64,000 bases of DNA from Candidatus Poribacteria bacterium. Lineage in GTDB: Bacteria; Poribacteria; WGA-4E; WGA-3G. The notes under the pieces were generated by a model. The model was not told the DNA's origin, did not search any database, and saw only the letters and a program-made list of their open reading frames with translations. Below, in pieces: positions 28,564 to 38,911 of this stretch. Numbering within the stretch: the first letter of the stretch is position 1; each line of letters starts with the position of its first letter. The stretch lies in assembly GCA_965205015.1 (NCBI GenBank), contig OZ242029.1, positions 352,001 to 416,000 on the forward strand, in the 5' to 3' direction. The translations under genes and the position numbers were made by a program.

Positions 28564-29809
28564 GTAGTCGTTCAATGTTGAGTTTGTAATAAAGTTGTTG
28601 ACTTTTTTGGATGTTCTCTGATATATTCTTGCTATGATTTGAATCTTATCTCAAAGAAGTCTATGATGAGAAAACAAAAACATAAAGTTGAACTGACGTC
28701 TGAAGAACGTCAGACGCTCGAAATGTTAGTTCGCAAAGGTAAACACAGTGCGCTGAAACTCACGCGTGCCCATATCTTACTCAAGGCAGATAGCAACGGT
28801 CCGGGGTGGACGGATACGCAAATCGCCGAAGCGTTTGGCTGCCACGAGCAAACCGCCTTCAATGTTCGCAAACGCTTTGCGACGGGCGGGAGACTTTCAG
28901 CCTTGGAACGCAAACCCCAAAGTCGACCGTCTCACCTGCGGAAACTTGACGGTTGCGGTGAAGCGCGTCTGATCGCCTTGGCGTGTAGCGATCCCCCGAA
29001 AGGGTTCTCTCAGTGGACGCTGCGCCTACTCGCCGATGAACTTGTTGAACTTCAGATTGTTGAAAGTATCTCTATCGAAACTGTTCGACAGACGCTAAAA
29101 AAAACGCCTTGCGTCCGCATCGGCAGCAGTACTGGGTGATCCCGCCGGATGAAGATGCTGACTTCGTTGCGGCGATGGAGCAGGTCTTAGAGGTTTACGA
29201 GCGTCCTGAAAACACAGCATTTCCGGTGGTTGCTATGGATGAACGTCCCGTGCAGTTGGTCAAAGACATGCGGTCGCCTATCCCTGCGAAACCCGGACGC
29301 ATCGCCCGCCGAGATTATGAGTATAAGCGCATTGACGTGGTTTCTGCTTTCTTATTTACCACCCCCCTTCAAGCGTGGCGGCGCGTCTCAGTGCGAGAGC
29401 GTCGCACTGCCATAGATTGGGCGGAGGAAGTCAAATATCTTTTAGACGCAGTTTATCCCAATGCTCAGCGAGTGACATTGGTGTGTGATAATCTCAATAC
29501 ACACAGACTCACCTCTTTGTATAAAGCGTTTCCTGCTGAAGAGGCACTTCACTTGGATTCACGCTTAGAGTTAGTTCACACACCGAAGCATGGGAGTTGG
29601 TTGAACATTGCCGAGATTGAACTCAGTGTGTTTTCGAGACAGTGTCTGAACCGACGGATCCCTGACTTAGAAACACTTCGGTCAGAAGCAGAAGCTTGGC
29701 AGCAGCATCGCAATGAGAACGCAGGGCGCGTCGACTGGCACTTTAGGACACAGGACGCACGCATCAAACTCAAAAGACTATACCCGCAAACTCAACATTG
29801 AACGCCCCC
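28564..29809 (+). mobile_element. IS630-family element, copy 1 (orfA 28663-29139, orfB to 29801)
   Basis: IR GTAGTCGTTCAATGTTGAGTTTG, TA target within CTAG; A8 slippery site at 29097-29104; DE..DNL..EIE catalytic motifs; right IR tip mutated (GCCCCC). Confidence 0.93.
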
Positions 29810-29811
29810 TA

Positions 29812-31056
29812 GTAGTCGTTCAATGTTGAGTTTGTAATAAAGTTGTTGACTTTTTTGGATGTTTGCTGATATATTCTTCCTACGATTTGAATCTTATCTT
29901 AAGAAGTCTGTGATGAGAAAACAAAAACATAAAGTTGAACTGACGTCTGAAGAACGTCAGACGCTCGAAACGTTAGTTCGCAAAGGTAAACACAGTGCGC
30001 TGAAACTCACGCGTGCCCATATCTTACTCAAGGCAGATAGCAACGGTCCGGGGTGGACGGATACGCAAATCGCCGAAGCGTTTGGCTGCCACGAGCAAAC
30101 CGCCTTCAATGTTCGCAAACGCTTTGCGACGGGTGGGAGACTCTCAGCCTTGGAACGCAAACCCCAAAGTCGACCGTCTCACCTGCGGAAACTTGACGGT
30201 TGCGGTGAAGCGCGTCTGATTGCCTTGGCGTGTAGCGATCCCCCGAAAGGGTTCTCTCAGTGGACGCTGCGCCTGCTCGCCGATGAACTTGTTGAACTTC
30301 AGATTGTTGAAAGTATCTCTATCGAAACTGTTCAACAGACGCTAAAAAAAACGCCTTACGTCCGCATCGGCAGCAGTACTGGGTGATCCCGCCGGATGAA
30401 GATGCTGACTTCGTTGCGGCGATGGAGCAGGTCTTAGAGGTTTACGAGCGTCCCAAAGACAAAGCATTTCCGGTGGTTGCTATGGATGAACGTCCCGTGC
30501 AGTTGGTCAAAGACATGCGGTCTCCTATCGCTGCGAAACCCGGACGCATCGCCCGCCGAGATTATGAGTATAAGCGCATTGACGTGGTTTCTGCTTTCTT
30601 ATTTACCACCGCCCTTCAAGCGTGGCGGCGGGTCTCCGTGCGAGAGCGTCGCACTGCCATAGATTGGGCGGAGGAAGTCAAATATCTTTTAGACGAAGTG
30701 TATCCCGAGGCACAGCGAGTGATGTTAGTTTGTGATAATCTCAATATACATACGATCAAGTCTTTCTATAAAGCGTTCTGTGCCGAGGAGGCACTTCGGT
30801 TGTCTTCACGGTTAGAGTTGGTGCACACGCCGAAACACGGGAGTTGGTTGAACATCGCAGAGATAGAACTCAGTGTCTTCTCTCGGCAGTGTCTGAACCG
30901 GCGGATCCCTGACTTAGAAACACTTCGGTCAGAAGCAGAAGCCTGGCAGGCACATCGAAATCAGACGGCAAACCGAGTGGACTGGCAATTTACAGCTGAC
31001 GACGCACGCATCAAACTCAAAAGACTATACCCGCAAACTCAACATTGAACGACTAC
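29812..31056 (+). mobile_element. IS630-family element, copy 2 (orfA ~29910-30386, orfB to 31048)
   Basis: Intact IRs, flanked by TA; A8 at 30344-30351. Confidence 0.93.
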
Positions 31057-31061
31057 TAGTA

Positions 31062-31210
31062 GTAAACAACAAGCTTATGAGGGTGAGATGTGGTGGTTGC
31101 CTTTGAGTGATAAATCGCGAGGTAGACTGAATTTCAACGCTTTCTCTGGTTTCTTGATCGACAGCGAAGGTGCCCCCTACGATTCCTTACCCACGCTGTT
31201 GTTCCATTAG
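31062..31210 (+). pseudogene. Internal fragment of YiiX-like gene
   Basis: KQQAYEGEMWWLPLSDKSRGRLNFNAFSGFLIDSEGAPYD overlaps the end of the 22941 fragment (KQQVYEGEI). Confidence 0.55.
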
Positions 31211-31281
31211 GAAAAACCTATCTATAGCAAGCGCGCGACACAAGGATTCTACTCGGTTAGCGCATTAGAGGGCTCGAAAAA

Positions 31282-31860
31282 ATGCGATTTAATATGACGT
31301 TTGCATCTGCATTGGTTTTTTTCGTTCCGGGGGCTCTCGTTCTTGCTGGAATATGTCTCATGTTTCCGGAAATTAGAACTTCTATTGGGTCAATCGTCAA
31401 GAACCGTGAAACTGCCGGAACTTTGCTGATAACCGCAATCTGTTTTGTAAGCGGCGTGTTGATTGAATCCTTAAGGTTGATAACGATTGACTTCTTAGTT
31501 CGCTGCATAGTGGGAAAGTGGAGAGAAAGGAAGTGTCGTGCTATACGACCGAGTGATTATGTTTCCAAACTCACAGCGGATAATTTAGCAGTATTTACAT
31601 TGTTAATTGATCGCACCTATGAATACTATCGCTTGAATGCTAACGTTACGATTGTTTTTTGTGTCTTTTTGCCGTGCTACATCATCGCTATACACAAGTT
31701 TGGTGTGGCTTTTCGCCTCTTTTTCGTAGTAGGCATAGTTTTCGCTGCGATAATAGTCTTGATAATAGCCTGTGTAGCATATTACCATACACAAGAGGTG
31801 ACTTCTGAATTTGCTGAGGATGCAGACGCGAAGGCACCTAAAAATAAAGGAGATAAATAA
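31282..31860 (+). CDS. Hypothetical membrane protein (about 4 TM)
   Basis: Hydrophobic segments, AT-rich. Confidence 0.7.
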   Translation: MRFNMTFASALVFFVPGALVLAGICLMFPEIRTSIGSIVKNRETAGTLLITAICFVSGVLIESLRLITIDFLVRCIVGKWRERKCRAIRPSDYVSKLTADNLAVFTLLIDRTYEYYRLNANVTIVFCVFLPCYIIAIHKFGVAFRLFFVVGIVFAAIIVLIIACVAYYHTQEVTSEFAEDADAKAPKNKGDK

Positions 31861-32099
31861 TGTGTTTAGGGATTCCATGCAGGGGCCAACAGATCCGGCT
31901 TTTGCGAAACTTTGAATTACCCAACGGGACAGAGATTATGAGTGGGACAGTAGGAACAGTTGAACAAGAATACCTTGAAGAACGAGAGATCATGGTCGAA
32001 TTCCAGTTGCCTGAGGGGGAACTTTCGGTAAGACTCCCTGGAGATGATGATGACATAGAACTCGTTACAGATGAAGAACTAGCTACAGATGGACCATAG
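31860..32099 (+). CDS. Small acidic hypothetical protein
   Basis: AAGGAG SD, TAATG translational coupling to the upstream gene. Confidence 0.5.
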   Translation: MCLGIPCRGQQIRLLRNFELPNGTEIMSGTVGTVEQEYLEEREIMVEFQLPEGELSVRLPGDDDDIELVTDEELATDGP

Positions 32100-32565
32100 C
32101 GACAGAAGGACGTTCCTGCATCACGGGGATGACATAACTCCGAATCTTCACGTCGTCTATTGTTTCTGTCTCTACCCGAGACGCTGGATGCTGGCGGTGA
32201 TCGAAAACAACATAATACCCTTCTTGCGCACCTTCTAATTTCAGATATGCTGCAAGTTGTGCTTTGCCCGATTGATAATATCGGTCGCCTTCCCATATCT
32301 TCGTCTCAACGATGTATTTTCGCTGGTTATGGAGAATCAGGAGGTCTATTCTGCCGCGTCCCGTTTGGACTTCAAGAAACATATCCGCCCCTACAATACG
32401 GACAAAATGGTCAAGATACGCGTAAAGCAGGTATTGCCCGACATATTCTTGCGGGGTATCCGGCACTTGTAAGAGGCGGCACCCGGCGCGAGCGATGAAC
32501 GCTTGGAAGTTATCAAGAAGTCGTTCTATTTCATGGAGTATAACATTTTCCATGAGGGATGTCAA
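32083..32565 (-). pseudogene. C-terminal PD-(D/E)XK-like fragment of an AAA-ATPase protein
   Basis: EVQTGRGRIDLLILHNQRKYIVETKIW..QLAAYL..GYYVVFDHR; no N-terminal part attached. Confidence 0.7.
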
Positions 32566-32645
32566 ACCGATTCAGAGAAGCCCACTTGTAAACACAATTG
32601 ACCGTGCCAACGTTTAAGAGTCCAATCCCAAAAAGGAGTAGAAAC

Positions 32646-34151
32646 ATGACGCGAAAAACGCTCGTTAGAACCCTAATCCTCACACTCTGCGCGATCGTTT
32701 TGATGAGTTCCGAAGTCGCTGAGACACGAGAATCTCCAACAGTACACAACGGAGAAGCACACACCCACGCCTCCGATTACGTCCAGCACGGAAGGCAGCA
32801 TTTCGCGGTAGGTGACTATGCGGGTGCGATTGCCGATTTTGACAAAGCCCTCCAGATAAACCCCGAGTCCCCCGCAGCCTATTACCATCGCGCAACAGCG
32901 AAGTTTGAATGGGGCAAATCTGAACAGGGGACCGGAAATACCGAGCACGCCAAACGCCTCTATCACGCCGCGATTGAAGACTATACCCAAGTGACGACCT
33001 TAGACCCAGAGAACCCCGGTGCGTATATCTTCGGAGGAACGGTGCACCTTCGGCTTGCTGACTTGGAACGCACTGTAGGCAACGCGCAGCAGGCGCGACA
33101 TCACTTTCAGGCAGCCCATGAAATGGGGCGTCAACTCACGGAGTTAGACCCAGGGAATGCCTCAGGCTGGCAGACCCGCGGTGTCGCGAATCACCGACTG
33201 GGGATATTGGCGGCGGACAGCGGCGATCGGGAACAGGCACAACGCCACTATGAAGCTGGCATTGAGGCTTATAATCAAGCCGTTGCTTTCCGTCCAGAGA
33301 ATCCCGCGGTTTATGCTGCGCGCGGGGCGGTGCATATCTCTTTGGGTCTCTTGGAAATGGTGCGGAACACGATCGAACAGGCACAGTTCCACTATCAAGC
33401 GGCGATTGCGGATCATAAGCAAGCCGTGCACCTATCCCCTCCCGAGTATGCCACGTTCTTTTCGGGGGGACTCAGTTGGGCGCGGGTCCGGTTGGGTGAA
33501 TCTGAAGTGGCGCTTGGAAATATTCCAGCAGCACAGCACCAGTATCGGTCAGCGATTGGGGGTTTTAATGAAGCGATAGGTATAGGCCCAGGGGAGAGTC
33601 TCGTTGGCATCGCCCCAAGGGATGTTTTCACTGCCCTCGCCTATAATGATCGTGCCGAGGCGAAACTCAGGCTCGGTGAATCTGAAGGCCTCCTGGGAAA
33701 TGTTCAGCAAGCCGAGCAATACTATCGTGAAACGATTGCCGATTGCGATCAAGGACTCGCTTCAGGGATGGGGACGGTGCGAGTGCTCTACACGCGGGGT
33801 CGCGCGAAGGCGGCACTCTCAGACCACACGGGCGCGATTGCCGACTTTAACTCGGTGCTTCGTATCCGATCCAACTATGCCCTGGCGTATTATGCACGAG
33901 GACTCGCGAAACAGGCACGAGGAGAATCCGACACCGAAGATGACATAGCCCTGAATTTAGGGGATTTAGCGGACCTGCTTGAACAAAACGTGGGTGAGAT
34001 CCTGGAGCAAGATGTCACAGTAGAAATTGAACAGGACGGGCATCGGGTGTCGGCGCAAGACACCTCAGCAGCAGCCGACTTTCAGAAGGCGAAGGCACTC
34101 AACCCGGATGTCGAGCAGTTATACCCGTTCAGCGTCGGCGGCGAAGAATGA
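32646..34151 (+). CDS. Secreted TPR-repeat protein
   Basis: AGGAG SD, signal peptide, AIADFDKALQINP-type repeats. Confidence 0.88.
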   Translation: MTRKTLVRTLILTLCAIVLMSSEVAETRESPTVHNGEAHTHASDYVQHGRQHFAVGDYAGAIADFDKALQINPESPAAYYHRATAKFEWGKSEQGTGNTEHAKRLYHAAIEDYTQVTTLDPENPGAYIFGGTVHLRLADLERTVGNAQQARHHFQAAHEMGRQLTELDPGNASGWQTRGVANHRLGILAADSGDREQAQRHYEAGIEAYNQAVAFRPENPAVYAARGAVHISLGLLEMVRNTIEQAQFHYQAAIADHKQAVHLSPPEYATFFSGGLSWARVRLGESEVALGNIPAAQHQYRSAIGGFNEAIGIGPGESLVGIAPRDVFTALAYNDRAEAKLRLGESEGLLGNVQQAEQYYRETIADCDQGLASGMGTVRVLYTRGRAKAALSDHTGAIADFNSVLRIRSNYALAYYARGLAKQARGESDTEDDIALNLGDLADLLEQNVGEILEQDVTVEIEQDGHRVSAQDTSAAADFQKAKALNPDVEQLYPFSVGGEE

Positions 34152-34321
34152 CGTTAAAAACAATCCGAAAATTCTTAGTCTTCTCTAACCGCCCACCGAT
34201 GCATCCCAGAATTCCGTAGAAGATATGTAAACCGCATCGACCTCTCCAACGTTTGTATGATAGATTTTACAAGGGTTCGATGGCTCAATTTCTCTTCAAC
34301 GACGCAATGGAGGTAGAGAGT

Positions 34322-35299
34322 GTGCCCTTAAAGAAACTCCAGATTTATATGGCTTTGATGATGGTCACGGTATTCCCTGCATGTGCGGGTCCCGCCCTTT
34401 TTGAAGGAGACCTTTTGACCGTGGATGAAGCCATAGGATTGAAGCTGCCTGTTGTTTCGGAGCCGTCCCCCTGGATCCCTATAATCTGGCGGCTCCCGAG
34501 TATCGTGGATCCTTATATGAATGACGGTCAGCGCGGCTCGTCGCCTGTCATAGCGTGGCTTCCGAACCCCTTTATGGAGGATCTATCCTTCTCCTGGGAA
34601 AGTCCCCTGAACCTGAAGAATCGCTCCGCGTTCGCAAAATGGCAGGAAAAGAAGGGCGTGGCGGCTGCGGGGTACACTGCCAGTGGAAGGGATAAATTAT
34701 TCAGACTGAATGCATACCCAGCGGCAATAGCGGATTTTGATAAAGCGTTATCCCTAACCCCGGATGCCCCGCGTGTCTATGGCGCGCGCGCAACTGCGAA
34801 ACTTCAGTTCGGAAATGCTGAAGCCGCCGGGGGCAACACTGCGCAAGCCCAACGTCTCTATCATGCAGCGATTCAAGACTATACCCAGGTCATCACCCGG
34901 TCCCCAGAGAGGACCGATGCTTATCTCTTCCGCGGTTATGCGGCATTCAAACTCGGGACATTGGAATCTGCTGGAGGCAATGCCGAGCACGCGCGACACC
35001 ACTATCACGCCGCGATTGCGGATGTTAACCAGGCGATGGCACTCTCCCGAAAGAATGCGTCTGTCCTAAAGGAAGCACTTGCGCTCCACACCGATCTCGG
35101 CGTTGCCTCTAAGGAGGCTATGGAAATCAGAGGCAGTTATGCGTTTGCCCACTATGTGCGGGGTCTTGCGAAGAAGGCACTCGGGCACCACACCGCAGCC
35201 GCCGACTTTCGGAAGGCGAAGGCACTCCGGCTGGTGCCAGAAGGGCGTCCATGGACTTTCCTGGTGGAATCGAAATTTGGGCGTGTAAATCTCAGATGA
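34322..35299 (+). CDS. TPR-repeat protein (paralog of 32646), possible lipoprotein
   Basis: GGAGG SD before GTG 34322; AIADFDKAL, RLYHAAIQDYTQV, AAADFRKAKAL. Confidence 0.8.
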   Translation: MPLKKLQIYMALMMVTVFPACAGPALFEGDLLTVDEAIGLKLPVVSEPSPWIPIIWRLPSIVDPYMNDGQRGSSPVIAWLPNPFMEDLSFSWESPLNLKNRSAFAKWQEKKGVAAAGYTASGRDKLFRLNAYPAAIADFDKALSLTPDAPRVYGARATAKLQFGNAEAAGGNTAQAQRLYHAAIQDYTQVITRSPERTDAYLFRGYAAFKLGTLESAGGNAEHARHHYHAAIADVNQAMALSRKNASVLKEALALHTDLGVASKEAMEIRGSYAFAHYVRGLAKKALGHHTAAADFRKAKALRLVPEGRPWTFLVESKFGRVNLR

Positions 35300-35602
35300 C
35301 GATCCCTAACAAACTGACGCCGGATACCCTCACCGTCGGAACAGCGCGACGGCTGCCAGAGGCTTCCGTGTGGGGCTATGATGTCCTGGATCTCGCCAAT
35401 GCCCTTGGCTGCCAAACGGCACGGGGGTCACCTGTGGCAAACCTTCCGTGAGGAACTGCCCGATATGGTTCGCGAGGGCCAAATTTTGGTGATTATCAGT
35501 CGTCTCCAAGCTTTGAATACAGAGATCTAACACAGGTTGCTCGCTTGTAGCATAATCTCTTAGATTGTGCCTGCGAGGGGTAATATTCATTTTTTCCAAG
35601 CC

Positions 35603-35714
35603 CGGTAGGCGCGGAATGTAATACAAGGAATGGAAATGTAATACAAGGAACGGATTTAGTCTATTCCCAGACTAAATCCAGTCTATTCCCAGACTAAATC
35701 CCCTAACCGCACCG
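35603..35714. repeat. Two short tandem duplications inside a REP-like shell
   Basis: AATGTAATACAAGGAA x2 and AGTCTATTCCCAGACTAAATCC x2 between CGGTAGGCGCGG and AACCGCACCG. Confidence 0.75.
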
Positions 35715-35778
35715 CTTGTGGAGTAATGGCGTAATTCCGTAATTTTGCGTGAGTCCTGCAGAAGAAAGGGTACCTCTT

Positions 35779-37347
35779 ATGAAAACCACAGTGATGTTGA
35801 GTCTAATGCTCTTGATCGTTACAGAATTTTTGCTTATACCGGACACCGCCGCCGACTATACAGCCGAGACGCAATGGCGTTTACCCGAAGGTGCGAAAGC
35901 CCGTCTCGGTAAAGGGAGTATACAAGAAATAAAGCTTTCTCCTGATAGGACTCGGCTTGCGGTCGCGAGTAGTATCGGTATTTGGCTCTATGATGCGCTG
36001 ACCGGCGAAGTACTTGACCTGCTCACAGGGCATACAGGGAAGGTTTGGAGCGTCAGCTTTAGTCCCGACGGGCAGACGCTTGCGAGTGGAAGTTCTGACC
36101 GCACGGTTCGTCTATGGGATGTAAACACAGGCGAACATCTTCGCACCCTCACGGGGCATGAGACGTGGGTCAGGATGGTCATTTTTACTCGGGAGGGTGA
36201 GATGCTTGCGAGCGGGAATTCGGAGGGCACGGTTCGTCTATGGGATGTGAACACAGGTGAACACCTCCAAACCTTCACGGGGAATATAGGGGATATCGAG
36301 GTCATGTCTTTTAATTGGGAGGGTGAGATACTTGCGAGTGGGAGTTCGGAGGGCACGGTTCGTCTACGGGATGCGACTACAGACGAACACCTCTGCACGC
36401 TAACGGGGCATACGCTTTTTGTCAATAGCGTATCCTTCAGTCCGGATGGGCAGCTGCTCGCAAGCGGGAGTACGGGCGACGGGATTCGCCTATGGGATGT
36501 GACCACAGGTGAACACTTTCGCACCCTCCAGGGACATATCGGGCCGGTCTATAGCGTCAGTTTTAGTCCGGATGGACAGAAACTTGCCAGTGGCGGCGGA
36601 GACGGCGCGGTTCGTCTCTGGGATGTGAAGACGGGTAAACATCTTCGTGCGCTCATAGCGCGTCCGGGGGGTGTTGGCACTCCCGTAGAGTGGCCGCGGT
36701 ATGTTCAGAGTGTCAGTTTTAGTCCGGAGGGTCAAACGCTTGCCAGTGGGGCGGAGGAAAACATTTATCTATGGGATGCGACCACAGGTGACCCGCTCCG
36801 TATTCTCATAGGGCATACGGGAGCTGTTGAGAGTGTCAGTTTTAGTCCGGATGGGCAGCTGCTCGCAAGCGCGGGTGGGTATGACGACGGGTCGGTTCGT
36901 CTCTGGGATGTGAACACAGGCAAACACCTTCACACCCTCACAGCGAATTTCGGGAACAACTACAGTGTCAGTTTTAGTCCGGAGGGTCAGACGCTTGCCA
37001 GCGGTAATCTGGGGGATGCCGATGTGGTTCGTCTCTGGGATGTGAACACAGGCAAACACATCCGCACACTCAAAGCGCGTATGCAGAGTGTTGATACGCT
37101 CTTCATGGGACCCCAGGTTATCTATAGTGTCAGTTTTAGTCCGGATGACCGGACGCTCGTCGGTGGGCATTCAGAAGGAACCATTTGGTTCTGGAATGTG
37201 AAGACGGGCAAACACCTTCACACCCTCACAGGGCATACGGGGGATGTTCAGAGTGTCAGTTTTAGTCCGGATGGAGGGACGCTCGCGAGTGGAAGTGAAG
37301 ATGGCACAATACTTCTGTGGAAACTGGCACCTTTAACACCGCAATAA
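35779..37347 (+). CDS. Secreted WD40-repeat protein
   Basis: About 10 repeats of LTGHT..VSFSPDG.TLASGS.D.TVRLWD; LPEGAKARLGKG N-cap. Confidence 0.95.
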   Translation: MKTTVMLSLMLLIVTEFLLIPDTAADYTAETQWRLPEGAKARLGKGSIQEIKLSPDRTRLAVASSIGIWLYDALTGEVLDLLTGHTGKVWSVSFSPDGQTLASGSSDRTVRLWDVNTGEHLRTLTGHETWVRMVIFTREGEMLASGNSEGTVRLWDVNTGEHLQTFTGNIGDIEVMSFNWEGEILASGSSEGTVRLRDATTDEHLCTLTGHTLFVNSVSFSPDGQLLASGSTGDGIRLWDVTTGEHFRTLQGHIGPVYSVSFSPDGQKLASGGGDGAVRLWDVKTGKHLRALIARPGGVGTPVEWPRYVQSVSFSPEGQTLASGAEENIYLWDATTGDPLRILIGHTGAVESVSFSPDGQLLASAGGYDDGSVRLWDVNTGKHLHTLTANFGNNYSVSFSPEGQTLASGNLGDADVVRLWDVNTGKHIRTLKARMQSVDTLFMGPQVIYSVSFSPDDRTLVGGHSEGTIWFWNVKTGKHLHTLTGHTGDVQSVSFSPDGGTLASGSEDGTILLWKLAPLTPQ

Positions 37348-37443
37348 GCATCATGACCGAATCCTTGAATTAAGGGATATGTTGTCCGTAGGGGATATTT
37401 TTAGCAGGGCTCCACTTTTAGTGAACACAGCAGGAGCGTTTGT

Positions 37444-38229
37444 ATGAAAAGATGTTTCGCGATCTTCTTAATAGGGCTAATGAACGTGCCCATCTTTTCT
37501 CTCAGCGGCTGCCACAAGTTCGGGACACGCCAAGAAGCGACAGGAGACGATTTACGGACATCTCCTAAAGGCATGGTGCTCATCCCCGCAGGTGAGTTTC
37601 AAATGGGAAGCAACGATGATGATGACGATGAAAAACCTATGCATTCCGTTTATGTGGATGCCTTTTATATGGACAAACATGAGGTGACGAATGCCCAATA
37701 TAAACGTTTTATTGATGCTAACCCGACATGGCGAAAAGACCGCATCGACCCGAAATTTCACGATGGAAATTACCTGAACTTGTGGAGCGGCAATAACTAT
37801 CCACAGGGTGGAGGCGACGACTCTGTTGTCTATGTGAGTTGGTATGCGGCGATGGCATACTCGGTGTGGGCGGGTAAACGTTTACCGACGGAGGCGGAAT
37901 GGGAGAAAGCAACGGAAGCAGGTATGTATTATATAGGGCGTGACCTGTGGGAGTGGTGTCTGGATGCGTATGATAGGGATTTCTACGTTCATTCACCAAA
38001 CAGGAATCCATTAGCAGGGGGCAGGAGTATCAAGTGGTTATTAGACAACGCTACAGAGATTCATTCTGACCGTGCGCTGCGCGGTGGTGGTTGGTTTCGT
38101 AATACGGAATACATTCGGGCCTCTCGCCGCGACAGTGCTGCATCTACGCGCGCGTCCGTCGACATCGGTTTTCGGTGTGTGTGGTCTGTAACCGACGGCG
38201 TTTCCGCAGGACAGTGCTCGAATCGGTAA
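37444..38229 (+). CDS. FGE/SUMF1-domain lipoprotein, internally shortened
   Basis: LSGC lipobox; FGE motifs; lacks the YPWG..GLYDM segment present in the paralogs. Confidence 0.85.
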   Translation: MKRCFAIFLIGLMNVPIFSLSGCHKFGTRQEATGDDLRTSPKGMVLIPAGEFQMGSNDDDDDEKPMHSVYVDAFYMDKHEVTNAQYKRFIDANPTWRKDRIDPKFHDGNYLNLWSGNNYPQGGGDDSVVYVSWYAAMAYSVWAGKRLPTEAEWEKATEAGMYYIGRDLWEWCLDAYDRDFYVHSPNRNPLAGGRSIKWLLDNATEIHSDRALRGGGWFRNTEYIRASRRDSAASTRASVDIGFRCVWSVTDGVSAGQCSNR

Positions 38230-38362
38230 AAAGGCAGGAAGCCAGAAGTACGCCGCGCCGTAAAATTCAGTCGCGCGAAAATCGCTTGACCTCCGATACA
38301 AAGGTGTGCTACGCTATAAGTTGCCAATAGAAGGTGATGCCCTCTTTCCTAAGGAGAAAAAG

Positions 38363-38830
38363 ATGAGATCCTTTGAAACGCGTGGACCCGTCTATCCCGA
38401 AGATAACTACGTCGTTGCCCGCACGGATGAACTGTCCGATTTTGTCAATCGACTGGAAAGGGGACGATACGTTGTCCTCTTTGCCCCCCGGCAGACGGGG
38501 AAAACCACGTTCTTTCGCCGCGCCTTAGACACACTCGCAACCGATGCGTATCTCCCGATCCAACTCGATTTTCAGGCATCTAACAGCCTGGAGCCTGCTG
38601 AGTTTTATGAAGGCGTTTACGAAGATATTCGCGAGGCAATAGAAGCGGTCTTCCAAAACCACAGTTCCCCATCTGCTGAGGCTTTAGCGCGATTTCTCGA
38701 TAACACACAGATCACCAATCAACGCACGTTGCGAAGGTTCTTTCGGCAATTTTCAAACTTTGCTGAAAAATCTCACGTCCTTTTTTTTGAATCCCCCCAG
38801 AGTTCCTCCGTTTTATCAAAAAAGCGTTGA
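38363..38830 (+). pseudogene. N-terminal fragment of AAA-like ATPase
   Basis: MRSFETRGPVYPEDNYVV..APRQTGKTT Walker A; ends before any Walker B. Confidence 0.75.
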
Positions 38831-38856
38831 CACCCCGAAATAAATTGTGCTATAAT
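38827..38856 (+). promoter_or_regulatory. sigma70-type promoter of lolA-pgsA-thpR-recA
   Basis: TTGACA-18nt-TATAAT with extended -10. Confidence 0.65.
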
Positions 38857-38911
38857 ATTTGGAGTAAAAATCAGTTTTCCGAAAGTAATTTGGCAAAGCA
38901 GGAGATGGATA

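Noticed and set aside
29097-29104. IS630 split ORFs as pseudogenes
   Set aside because: The A8 tract is present in both copies and fits the programmed -1 frameshift typical of IS630
35296-35626. Small ORFs between the TPR and WD40 genes
   Set aside because: No recognisable motif or SD, so they cannot be supported
35615-35702. Possible mini-CRISPR array
   Set aside because: Only two copies of each unit, no spacer-length unique sequences and no cas genes
22210-38830. Complete DGR cassette in the window
   Set aside because: No reverse transcriptase ORF, Avd-like gene or non-coding template copy of the variable region was found by eye
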